Below, in pieces: positions 49,920 to 58,151 of a stretch of 64,000 bases of DNA. The DNA is from an uncultured virus (IMG/VR IMGVR_UViG_3300025413_000016). Its lineage: Duplodnaviria > Heunggongvirae > Uroviricota > Caudoviricetes. Where the stretch lies: IMG/VR virus record IMGVR_UViG_3300025413_000016; one strand, 5' to 3'. The notes below the pieces were generated by a model that searched no databases, was not told the origin of the DNA, and was given only the letters and a program-made list of their open reading frames with translations. The position numbers and the translations under genes were made by a program. The stretch's first letter is position 1, and every line of letters starts with the position of its first letter.

Positions 49920-50647
49920 TATAATTTCCCTAAGTCAGCAGTTAGATCTTCAAGACGCATATTGCCATATGCACCTTTTTCAACAATTTCTGGAGTGATG
50001 AGAGCCCAACTCTCTTCCATGTAGCTTTGCAGCCATCTCCACGTAATCTGTTGCACTTTACCCCATGTTATACATTGCACGTGATCTTTATCGTACCCAA
50101 CCAGGATGATACAATGGCCACCTTCAATTTGATTATCAGCAGGAGTACCTGTAAGGTCCCATGGTTGGTTGTTTCTGAATTGGTCGCTAAATGTAACAGG
50201 CAGTTGAACGCCAATATACGCAAGTCCATATGAAGCAATAACGCTACGAAGCTCATCAAGGTCAGCGTGATCAGTAGGAGCAAAAGCAGTAAGTTTACTG
50301 CCAAACAAATCATTATTTTGCCAGAACTTGAGCAAATCTGCTTCTACTGCTCCCTGATCCGCTCCTCCCGTATAAGAAAGGTACGTGTTGACCACATCGG
50401 TGTCGGAGGGGAAGGTTTCTGTGATACCCAATACAGCAGCGTGAGCCATTCTGGCGTGTACAATACCAGCAAAAGTGCAATCCCCATGAGTGTCATTACC
50501 TAACATTCCCCAGTTGTCTACGGTTGGCACTGGTACAGTATCTGGAGCTACTGGCAGTGGGTTGCCTTGGTAATAAGCTAATTGGTGGAGTCCAGCTGGT
50601 CTCCGTGGATCAAGCTTACCTAATTTACCTACAATACGATCTGTCAT
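49919..50647 (-). CDS. Papain-like (C1-type) cysteine peptidase
   Basis: GNDTHGDCTFAG (Cys), GGHCIILVGYD (His) and ITWG motifs. Confidence 0.8.
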   Translation of the reverse strand: MTDRIVGKLGKLDPRRPAGLHQLAYYQGNPLPVAPDTVPVPTVDNWGMLGNDTHGDCTFAGIVHARMAHAAVLGITETFPSDTDVVNTYLSYTGGADQGAVEADLLKFWQNNDLFGSKLTAFAPTDHADLDELRSVIASYGLAYIGVQLPVTFSDQFRNNQPWDLTGTPADNQIEGGHCIILVGYDKDHVQCITWGKVQQITWRWLQSYMEESWALITPEIVEKGAYGNMRLEDLTADLGKL

Positions 50648-50655
50648 TATTCTCC

Positions 50656-51417
50656 TTAATGCTCTCCACTTTTTTCAAGACGATCAAATTCTTCTGAGGC
50701 ACCTTCTGGCAATGAACCATGGTGAACAGTTAACACATCGTGACCTAAATGTGTTCCAATGTAAGAACTAGAATCTTGTTTAAGCTGTGTTAATTCAACC
50801 ACTTTCCACCCTGGTTGTGGTTTGAAACTATAATCTTTTCCAATTTCTAATCTTGGCCAATCGGCAATTGCTCTAGATGGGGGGTCATGCTCAAGAATGT
50901 ATGGTGTGCTTCCATCTTCAGGCATTTGGTGATTTAATAAAACACCTACACTAATTTTCCCATTTTCTTTTTTAGAAAATTGTGTAAATATTCCAGGCAA
51001 TTCTAGTTTGCTTCCATCATGAGTTGGAATATCTGAATAACGTCTAAATACGGCATCGTTTTTAAATCTAGGGTGGACAAACAATGTTAAATCTTGTGGA
51101 GCCATATATAAAGGTTGGGTAGCACCACGTGTTGCATGATATTCTTGAATTAATGGGTGTTTAATCCTATCCCACATTGGTATTTTTTTATCGAAGTCAT
51201 CAGCATGTTCAGTGCCAGCAAATGGGTTCTTGGTGTTTTTTCTTCTTCTGTAAACACTTCCAGCTACTCCAGAAAAACCAAAAATTCTATCATCTGTATT
51301 TCCTGTCGTTGGTGGGCCAGAAAAAGTTGGTTCTTTAGAAAATTCGTCAATGCTTTCAATTTTTAAATGACCTCTACCAGGTACAGATTCATTAGCGTAT
51401 CTTCTATTCCAATTCAT
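50656..51417 (-). CDS. Putative head-internal protein (start refined to MNWNRRYA)
   Basis: N-terminal W..RYA motif shared with neighbours. Confidence 0.6.
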   Translation of the reverse strand: MNWNRRYANESVPGRGHLKIESIDEFSKEPTFSGPPTTGNTDDRIFGFSGVAGSVYRRRKNTKNPFAGTEHADDFDKKIPMWDRIKHPLIQEYHATRGATQPLYMAPQDLTLFVHPRFKNDAVFRRYSDIPTHDGSKLELPGIFTQFSKKENGKISVGVLLNHQMPEDGSTPYILEHDPPSRAIADWPRLEIGKDYSFKPQPGWKVVELTQLKQDSSSYIGTHLGHDVLTVHHGSLPEGASEEFDRLEKSGEH

Positions 51418-51631
51418 TACTATCCCCATGAATTAGAGGATCAAGATCTTTGTGGACATAGTTGTCAAGTTGTTGAAGTTCGCGTTCTTTTTTTCGTTGA
51501 TCCATTTTGTCAGAAACAATTTTTTGTGTTATAATTGCAACTGGGGTAAGCAATTGAACAATCTCTCTAGCGGTAAGATCAATCAGCGGATTTGCTAACC
51601 GTTCGTTTCTATAACGTTCACTAAAGTTCAT
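51404..51631 (-). CDS. Hypothetical protein
   Basis: 75 aa with overlapping start and stop. Confidence 0.5.
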   Translation of the reverse strand: MNFSERYRNERLANPLIDLTAREIVQLLTPVAIITQKIVSDKMDQRKKERELQQLDNYVHKDLDPLIHGDSNELE

Positions 51632-52050
51632 TTGATAAGTCCTCTAACATATTTCTCAGCTTCATAGTCGGCTGCAGCGGCTGTATGGACGCCACCGTGA
51701 CCTCTGTGGTGGAATAAGCAGAGCCATTCCAAGTTTTCTGCGCTTTCTACCCATGCACCAACAGTGTCAGGGTCAGATACGCCGGGATAGTCAACCTCGA
51801 GCCACTTAAGATCGACACCATTTTGTAGAGAAAACTCAATGTGAGTGTGGTGAAGCTCCAATGGAGCGTCTAGAGTACATTCACTAAAATCATTACGGTG
51901 CAAACCAACAGCGCACTGAGCAGTGTCTTTCGTTCTAGCTCGGTAGTGGCTGAAATCCACGTAGTGAGGGTCGCTGGTGCGCTCAGGATGAGCAGGATAG
52001 TGAATAGTATAGCGATGGGTAACATTTTGATCGTGTTCTTCTACAGTCAT
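51628..52050 (-). CDS. HNH-like His-rich protein
   Basis: LELHHTHIE...NLEWLCLFHHRG..GVH. Confidence 0.55.
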   Translation of the reverse strand: MTVEEHDQNVTHRYTIHYPAHPERTSDPHYVDFSHYRARTKDTAQCAVGLHRNDFSECTLDAPLELHHTHIEFSLQNGVDLKWLEVDYPGVSDPDTVGAWVESAENLEWLCLFHHRGHGGVHTAAAADYEAEKYVRGLIK

Positions 52051-52520
52051 TGTTCGTCTTCTCTTTTATTTTGAAGATAATCAATGACTTCATCAAGACT
52101 TTTGAACACGACGACGTCATTTTCATAGTCAAGATCATTGACGTCATCATTATCGTCAATATCTAAGTCAAAAAACTCGTCTAATAACATCGTGAAGTCA
52201 AATTCATCTACTTCACGGGAATATTCCATGCAAGTTTTAGCAATTTCATCAAATTCTGAGATTGTGATACGAAAAAACTTGTTGCTTTTAGGTTTTTCGT
52301 CGGATTTAGTCAATTTACTGAGAACTTTTGACGAAATATTGCTAGTTTGGGCAATATTTTCCTTAAATCCGGAGATTTTGTCAGTATTTTTGACTATTTT
52401 CTGTTTATCTTGGTACTTTTCTCTAACAGTACAAGCTTCACAGTCACACTTTTCAGTCATGAAATTTCCTTGAGTTATATATAAGAGGATTTTTTTGATT
52501 TTGTCAAGTATCTTTTTCAA
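52047..52520 (-). CDS. Hypothetical protein, acidic C terminus
   Basis: 157 aa ORF; CDCEAC. Confidence 0.5.
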   Translation of the reverse strand: MKKILDKIKKILLYITQGNFMTEKCDCEACTVREKYQDKQKIVKNTDKISGFKENIAQTSNISSKVLSKLTKSDEKPKSNKFFRITISEFDEIAKTCMEYSREVDEFDFTMLLDEFFDLDIDDNDDVNDLDYENDVVVFKSLDEVIDYLQNKREDEQ

Positions 52521-52525
52521 AAATT

Positions 52526-53887
52526 TTATGCCAAACCTCGTTCGTAACCTTCCTCAGTGATATCACCGATACTAATATCGGGTACATTCTCAGGAATAAT
52601 GTCTGCATGACCAGCAAACAACGAGTCTTCCTGGTCTCTTCTACCCTGTACGGCTCGTTCAGCCCAAAGTTGTGTGTGAGGCTTAGGCCAATCGTTGCGA
52701 AGTGGATCAAGTTTTCCTCTAGGGCCAAGGCTTGACATTCTGTCATCAAGCATTGGGCTGTATCTTGATGGGAATCCTCGGAAATATGCACGCTTAACTG
52801 CTTCATCTTTGCTTGTAGCAGCAGCATGGTGGTTTTGAACGTCAATCCAGCTGTCTGAAGGGTGAGCATTTTTGTTTAGAATTAAAGCAGGGTGGTTACT
52901 AAGCACAAAACTTGCTGTTCTTGCATTGTTGTAATTAGTTTGCTCAGCTGGATTTTTAGCATATGTATTTTTAGGATCAAAAATTGAACTAAAAACACCC
53001 TCAATTTCTTTGTGAGCAGCTACACCGGGTTGATCTGGATCGTTGTGGTCATTGTGAGCAAAATGACTAATGGGTTTCATAGTATTCCACCATGTCTTTG
53101 TGTCAGTTATACCACGGTTTAAAAGGTTGTCAGCAGCCATTCTTCTAAGGTGGTGAATGCCACCAATGGTCACATCAGGGTAAGCCATCTGTGGTTTATT
53201 CTTCTCATCAAAGTATTGACCAATAGCAATAGGTTTATTTGGGTTTTTTGTACCATCTGGGTTTTTACCCCAGCGTACAATGGTGTTAGGGTTAGAGAAG
53301 TAATAGTCAGCAGTAAGATTACGAATCTTGTTTTCGTCTGCGTCACGGCCAGCAGGTTTAAGCTGGATGTTAAGGTATGAACTTAACGTGGGCAAGTTTG
53401 CCAATTTTGACGTATTAGAACCGTCATTGATGCCTAGATCTTTTAATTGTCTTCTCTTGCAGTCACCGGAGTACATCCAGTTACCACGACCTTTACCAGT
53501 TTTAGGTTTTACTAGACCAAACGTATCAATTGCCTCTTGAGTAGGTTTGCTAAGACCTTGGTCTTTGTAACCACCAACACAATTGTTGCGCTCACAAGAG
53601 TCATCAATGCGGCATTCCCCTTCAGCGTGATTACAAGCATGGTGACAACCATATAAATAGTGGTGAGCAGCAACTTGAGCACCCTTGTCAAGACCTCTCT
53701 TCATTGGGTCTTGATCAAACGAAGCAAATTGATTAAAGAAGCGCATCTTTAATGGGCCAATTTTTCTCTCTTGCTTAACTGCATCGTCTGGCACTTGTGG
53801 TATATCCGTGGGGATATCATCAAAAATACCTGCAAGAATACTATTAAACGTTTTACGTGTATTCTTACTACTATTGAATATCTTCAT
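52526..53887 (-). CDS. Putative head-internal protein
   Basis: 453 aa; N-terminal FNSS...FNSILA; His/Cys cluster. Confidence 0.65.
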   Translation of the reverse strand: MKIFNSSKNTRKTFNSILAGIFDDIPTDIPQVPDDAVKQERKIGPLKMRFFNQFASFDQDPMKRGLDKGAQVAAHHYLYGCHHACNHAEGECRIDDSCERNNCVGGYKDQGLSKPTQEAIDTFGLVKPKTGKGRGNWMYSGDCKRRQLKDLGINDGSNTSKLANLPTLSSYLNIQLKPAGRDADENKIRNLTADYYFSNPNTIVRWGKNPDGTKNPNKPIAIGQYFDEKNKPQMAYPDVTIGGIHHLRRMAADNLLNRGITDTKTWWNTMKPISHFAHNDHNDPDQPGVAAHKEIEGVFSSIFDPKNTYAKNPAEQTNYNNARTASFVLSNHPALILNKNAHPSDSWIDVQNHHAAATSKDEAVKRAYFRGFPSRYSPMLDDRMSSLGPRGKLDPLRNDWPKPHTQLWAERAVQGRRDQEDSLFAGHADIIPENVPDISIGDITEEGYERGLA

Positions 53888-54012
53888 ACCATTACCTTAT
53901 ATTGTTAAATTTGCATCATGCGCGCCCATAGGAAAAAAGTTCCGAATTTCCATTTTCCCTTATATTACAAGGCTTCTAGATTTTACGTTGATTTCCCTTT
54001 ATTTACAAGGGT

Positions 54013-54915
54013 TTACATGAAATCAACATCGGAGATTTCATAGGGAGTGTTATCGTCGTGTGCATTGGCTTCATTGAAACATTGTGGGCATGCAGCATCA
54101 TTCATAACAGCGGTAAGGGGTACACCATGCTCACAAGTTTCTTCTTGTTGAGTTCTAGGAGCATGGTTTCTCACCATATTATCCTTCTTATGGTTAAAGT
54201 AGTTAGTGAACGGTGTAGGTACTTTAATACCAAGCATGCCTGCGCTACGGAGAGCTGCTAGTGTACCGTCATAAGCTGTTTCTGCTTCTAGTTTGTGGTC
54301 TGGGGTGCCCATAGCCCGCATTCTAAGGATGTCATCAATATCACGGGTGAGGCGTGCATGCTGCTCCGCTAGCTTAGAGTGACGAGCAGCTGTTTCCTCG
54401 TCTAGTTCGTTCTTAGGCTTGTTGCGGAAGTAATTGACAATGTTCTCAGCAGTGTTACCCATGGCATAAGCATTGTGATACTTGCTAAGAACATTAAAGG
54501 CTTTTTTGCTGTGGCCCCAGTGGGTATCTGTAATGTGATCAGTAACATTTGTGTGATTAAGGATTGCTGTACCAATAGTTCTAAGAACGTGTTGAACGGC
54601 GTCGCCCGTTCCCGCAGCAGTCTTTACAGAAGCAGTAGTGGTTCTGTTGATGCCCTCTAGCAATTGTCTCATGTGGTGTAGCTGTGCATCTCTATTAGAG
54701 TCTGCAGAGTCTCTAACACGATCAAGCTCTCCAGTGGTTTTAGCCATTTCACTAACAGCTTGCAAATCGTTATTAAATTTGCCTCGCATCTGTTGAGCAG
54801 TAAGTTCAGCCTGCTCTAGTGCTTCGTTAAAGCTCTCATGCTCACCACGGATAATGCCTGCGGCAGCAGGATTACCCTCAAGCTCACTGGCGTAACGTAG
54901 TTTCCATGTAGACAT
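54013..54915 (-). CDS. Putative head-internal protein
   Basis: 300 aa; MSTWKLRYAS and TASVKTAAG motifs; C-terminal CEHG...CPQC. Confidence 0.65.
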   Translation of the reverse strand: MSTWKLRYASELEGNPAAAGIIRGEHESFNEALEQAELTAQQMRGKFNNDLQAVSEMAKTTGELDRVRDSADSNRDAQLHHMRQLLEGINRTTTASVKTAAGTGDAVQHVLRTIGTAILNHTNVTDHITDTHWGHSKKAFNVLSKYHNAYAMGNTAENIVNYFRNKPKNELDEETAARHSKLAEQHARLTRDIDDILRMRAMGTPDHKLEAETAYDGTLAALRSAGMLGIKVPTPFTNYFNHKKDNMVRNHAPRTQQEETCEHGVPLTAVMNDAACPQCFNEANAHDDNTPYEISDVDFM

Positions 54916-54917
54916 GA

Positions 54918-55271
54918 TTAGTAGCTACCTTTAGGCTTAATGGACTCAAGGATCGTAGGCAGAATACTGCCTCCTTCTCTAACGTCATCAAAGTTGCGAG
55001 CATTCATATTAGGGTTTTCCCAGCTTTTGTGATTGTTAGCAACCTGGCTAAGGTAATCAGCAAGCTGTTTTGATCCTTCATCCCGGTTGTATCTGTACAC
55101 CCAGTGAGCTCGAGCAGCACCAATATGTGCATTCATTCTGTCATAGTCACCAACTTTGTTGGCTTCTTGAGCAAGATCAGCGTGACGTCTAATATAACGG
55201 TCAGTAATTTCGTGCTCTCCAGAATCATCACCAGCAGTACGGATATTCCACATGTCATTAATAAAGGGCAT
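54918..55271 (-). CDS. Putative head-internal protein (start refined to ATG 55271)
   Basis: AAAGGA RBS; WNIRTAG motif. Confidence 0.6.
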   Translation of the reverse strand: MPFINDMWNIRTAGDDSGEHEITDRYIRRHADLAQEANKVGDYDRMNAHIGAARAHWVYRYNRDEGSKQLADYLSQVANNHKSWENPNMNARNFDDVREGGSILPTILESIKPKGSY

Positions 55272-55384
55272 AATCAATCCTTTCGTATACTTCCTATACC
55301 AAAAAGTGTTGCTTTTTACATTGCGGACCTATATACTTAATAACACCAAACAAACAATGGTGTGTGTGGTTGGTATGCAACTTG

Positions 55385-55426
55385 AAAGCCCCTCTCTAGG
55401 AAATTCCTGGAGGGGGTTTTCTATTT
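55385..55426 (+). terminator. Intrinsic terminator-like hairpin in the divergence region
   Basis: GCCCCTCTCTAGGAA/TTCCTGGAGGGGGT stem followed by TTTCTATTT. Confidence 0.5.
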
Positions 55427-55428
55427 AC

Positions 55429-55544
55429 TTTAGTGCACTTAGTATTGCAAAAGGGGTCTTAGGCCCCCCGCGATTTTTTTATACGTGCTTCGTGCCTGCC
55501 CATTTGGCCCCCTTCTTGGCCCCTTTTTTAGTGCACCTAGTATT
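55429..55544. repeat. Direct repeat TTTAGTGCAC(T/C)TAGTATT, two copies
   Basis: Copies at 55429-55446 and 55527-55544 differ at one position. Confidence 0.6.
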
Positions 55545-55679
55545 CAAAGTCCAAAAAGTTGCCATCCTATTATTTGCCTTACTGTGACGTTTGCATCACC
55601 AGCAGAAAAAGATTATGAACTTCTTTTGGTATTCGCCAACTAAGGCGGTACTCCTAACTCAAGGGTGTCCCCGAGAGTG

Positions 55680-55915
55680 TCACGCACGGTATCTCACAGG
55701 CATTGTGTGCTGTGAGGGTGTGTGATCGTGCCAGCGTAGACGTAATGCGTCGTGCTGCGTAGTCAAGAGTACTACGAATGCCTCTCCACGCGTGTGAGCA
55801 CTGTGCTGCTCAACAATACACGTCTCTGGTGCTGAAGAGTTAGCTGCAGGCGAGGTTCATCAGGAACTACGGTATCCACTACGGTACCGTGGTTCGTGAT
55901 GTGCAACGTATGCAC
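55680..55915 (+). ncRNA. Candidate structured 5' leader/ncRNA of the early region
   Basis: Consecutive stems with G-U pairs, e.g. 55680-55725, 55758-55776, 55864-55895 and 55901-55915. Confidence 0.4.
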
Positions 55916-55947
55916 GGGCAGTACCAATAGTCCTGAGGAGGACAACT

Positions 55948-56346
55948 ATGCAGTATTTGGTAATCAACACTTACCGTGACTTCCCTTTGTTCGGGGGTTG
56001 TCACTGGAGTCTTGAGGAGGCTTTCGAGGAAGTCGTCGCTGGTTGGCGCAGTGACATCGAAGAGCCGATCGTCATGAGGCCAACAATGGACTACCCATTC
56101 GCCAACCGCGTCTCTCTCGAAAAGTCGGGCGAGGACTGGAAGCCAACTCCATTCAAGGCATGGACGACCGGTCCTGACCACCTGAACCACTGGTACATCG
56201 TGCCATTGTTCGAGTGGGAAGACCGGATGTGCCTTGCAGACGAGCGCACTCCAGAGACAATCGATCAGGGTGATGAGCTCAAGGCACAACTCCGTAGGGA
56301 GTTCAGCGAAGAGCTTGTCTTCTCCCCAGACGTTACGTCATTGTAA
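55948..56346 (+). CDS. Hypothetical early protein
   Basis: 132 aa with GAGGAGG RBS. Confidence 0.7.
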   Translation: MQYLVINTYRDFPLFGGCHWSLEEAFEEVVAGWRSDIEEPIVMRPTMDYPFANRVSLEKSGEDWKPTPFKAWTTGPDHLNHWYIVPLFEWEDRMCLADERTPETIDQGDELKAQLRREFSEELVFSPDVTSL

Positions 56347-56348
56347 CA

Positions 56349-56460
56349 TCCGGTGGATGCACTGACTCACGTACAGGATCATTTGTACGTGGGTTGTGTG
56401 GGTCAACCGGGACTCAGTGTCATAGTGGTCGTGCTATGGCGCTTGAAAGGAGGTGAAATC
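56349..56460 (+). promoter_or_regulatory. Structured leader motif A, copy 1
   Basis: Long hairpin with AGGATCAT in the loop region, then a hairpin with GGTCGT loop, then AGGAGGTGAAAT-ATG. Confidence 0.6.
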
Positions 56461-56754
56461 ATGACTAAATTTGATGTTTACAAGGCTGCTAGGGACGCTG
56501 CTGAGGCTAAGGTCGAAGCTGCTTTGGCTGCTTACGACGATGCTGGGGCTACGTACTACCCTGCTTTGGCTGAGCTCTGCGCTGCTCAGGCTGAGCTCGA
56601 GGCTGTTAAGGCTGCGTGCAAGGCTGCGTACGACGCTGCTGCGCTCAAGGCTGCTTCGGCTAAGTACAAGGCTGCTTTGGCTGAGCTCTACGCTGCTAAG
56701 GCTGCGTACGACGCTGCTTGGGCTGAGTACAAGGCTGCTAAGGCTGAGCAGTAA
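56461..56754 (+). CDS. Ala/Lys/Tyr/Glu-rich helical repeat protein (97 aa; start ATG 56461)
   Basis: AGGAGGTG RBS; tandem KAAYDAA and ALAEL repeats. Confidence 0.7.
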   Translation: MTKFDVYKAARDAAEAKVEAALAAYDDAGATYYPALAELCAAQAELEAVKAACKAAYDAAALKAASAKYKAALAELYAAKAAYDAAWAEYKAAKAEQ

Positions 56755-56757
56755 ATA

Positions 56758-56866
56758 GTCCGGCTCATGCTAGGACCCACGAAGGAACATCGTCGTGGGT
56801 CTCATGGGTCAGTCGGACCCAGTGATCATGACGGTCGTGTCATGACACTTGAGAGGAGGTGAAATT
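56758..56866 (+). promoter_or_regulatory. Structured leader motif A, copy 2
   Basis: Same two-hairpin architecture (AGGAACAT and GGTCGT loops) with compensatory changes. Confidence 0.6.
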
Positions 56867-57025
56867 ATGACAAATCGTCGCCGCAGGGCATGGCGCCCCT
56901 CTGAGCTGTCTCAAGTCACAGCTCGGTACATCACATTAATTGGATGTGGTGCTGCGATTGCTGCTTCTGCAGTAGTCAGCGTTTGGATCTTTGTAGAGAC
57001 TCTTCGTCTCTGCTTCGGTCACTAG
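56867..57025 (+). CDS. 52-aa single-pass membrane protein (not in the ORF track)
   Basis: AGGAGGTG RBS; MTNRRRRAWRPSELSQVTARYITLIGCGAAIAASAVVSVWIFVETLRLCFGH. Confidence 0.65.
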   Translation: MTNRRRRAWRPSELSQVTARYITLIGCGAAIAASAVVSVWIFVETLRLCFGH

Positions 57026-57049
57026 TTCTTCGTTGGGTTCCCACCCAGC

Positions 57050-57097
57050 ACTGCGTGTGTTAGGCAAGCACGTGGTTTAGTAAGTGCCTAGAAAGGA
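57050..57097 (+). promoter_or_regulatory. H-type pseudoknot abutting the RBS, copy 1
   Basis: Stem ACTGCGTGT/GCACGTGGT; loop TAGGCA pairs with TGCCTA after AGTAAG; then GAAAGGA. Confidence 0.55.
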
Positions 57098-57106
57098 AAC
57101 GATACC

Positions 57107-57442
57107 ATGGAATACTTTTACAAGGTTACCTGGTCGTATCAGTCAACCGTCGGTCGGATTGACGAAGACAACTACGAAAGGGTTAAGTATCGTCCATACA
57201 TTGGTGTAGTAGAGCCAATGGTCCGCTACTTCAAGTCACTTGAAGACGCAATGGAGTTCTACTCTTCTTACGACTTCACATTCACTGTGGACTACGGCCT
57301 CGTGGTTGGCGAGCGTTTTGACACGGCAGAAGAACCCTTCTTCCCAGTCAGCGTGGACAACGAGCTCATTGAAGAAGAGACCACCATCATCACCACCACT
57401 CTCGTTGTAAAGCGAGAGTGCTTCACTGAGATTACTTATTAG
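57107..57442 (+). CDS. Hypothetical early protein
   Basis: 111 aa with AAAGGA RBS. Confidence 0.65.
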   Translation: MEYFYKVTWSYQSTVGRIDEDNYERVKYRPYIGVVEPMVRYFKSLEDAMEFYSSYDFTFTVDYGLVVGERFDTAEEPFFPVSVDNELIEEETTIITTTLVVKRECFTEITY

Positions 57443-57457
57443 TTTCTCATCCGTTCA

Positions 57458-57506
57458 TACGGTATGCGTTGAGCAAACATGCCGTGCAGTAAGTGCTCAG
57501 AAAGGA
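57458..57506 (+). promoter_or_regulatory. H-type pseudoknot abutting the RBS, copy 2
   Basis: Stem TACGGTATG/CATGCCGTG; loop TGAGCA pairs with TGCTCA after AGTAAG; then GAAAGGA. Confidence 0.55.
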
Positions 57507-57516
57507 GGGGGTCATC

Positions 57517-57723
57517 ATGAAGACCAAGACCACCCCACGCACCGCAGTTAGCATCGCTACTGCTCCCAAGTGCTCCTGTGGCTACATCCCCTTGTTCGTC
57601 GACTCAACTGTTTGGGTTGACCGCGAGGGTAACAAGCTCCCAGGTATTGTTCCAGTATCCATGACGATCGATGGAGTCCAGCACTCCGTTGAGAAGTGCG
57701 GTACTGAGACCAAGCGCAAGTAG
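57517..57723 (+). CDS. Hypothetical 68-aa protein (start ATG 57517)
   Basis: AAAGGAGG RBS; CSCG...H...C. Confidence 0.65.
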   Translation: MKTKTTPRTAVSIATAPKCSCGYIPLFVDSTVWVDREGNKLPGIVPVSMTIDGVQHSVEKCGTETKRK

Positions 57724-57786
57724 TACTCAGGTAGTGCCCTGGCAGGGGGCGTTGTACTCTGCTATCCCATCAACCAACTATAGGTC

Positions 57787-57833
57787 CAGTGACTAGGTTT
57801 GTCATAGCCTAGCACTGTAGAGGAGGTGAAATT
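57787..57833 (+). promoter_or_regulatory. Leader motif A, second hairpin, copy 3
   Basis: CAGTG-A-CTAGGTT-TGTCAT-AGCCTAG-CACTG followed by AGAGGAGGTGAAATT-ATG. Confidence 0.55.
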
Positions 57834-58145
57834 ATGACTAAGTCAACCCGCAACATGCGCTTTGCGCAGGTAGTGAAGGAGGAGCTCTCAGACGTCCTCG
57901 TTCGTCCTACCGTGCTCAGCTTCGATGCTATCCAGGAGAAGATTGCTTACTTCGACTCCATGATGGCTCTCGACGCTGACGGTGTGTGGAAGAAGTGGTA
58001 CCCACGTACCACTCGTATCACACGCGCTCGCAAGCTTGAGGCCCACTTCTGTGTGGAGAACCCCAAGCAGATCGACGCACGTTCCAAGAAGGAGCGTCGC
58101 CTCGTGTTCTGCGAGACCTGCATCGAGTTCGAGGCAGGACTGTAG
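57834..58145 (+). CDS. Hypothetical protein with possible Zn site
   Basis: 103 aa; HFC...CETC. Confidence 0.7.
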   Translation: MTKSTRNMRFAQVVKEELSDVLVRPTVLSFDAIQEKIAYFDSMMALDADGVWKKWYPRTTRITRARKLEAHFCVENPKQIDARSKKERRLVFCETCIEFEAGL

Positions 58146-58151
58146 TAGGTA

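Noticed and set aside
55252..55587. 111-aa plus-strand ORF in the divergence region
   Set aside because: It has no RBS, runs through a terminator-like hairpin and homopolymer tracts, and has low-complexity translation.
56353..56460. N-terminal extension of the 56353..56754 ORF
   Set aside because: It overlaps the structured leader, and the strong SD points to ATG 56461.
57050..57506. SAM-II or preQ1 riboswitch call
   Set aside because: The topology is similar, but I cannot see the conserved ligand-binding nucleotides. Left as an unnamed pseudoknot.
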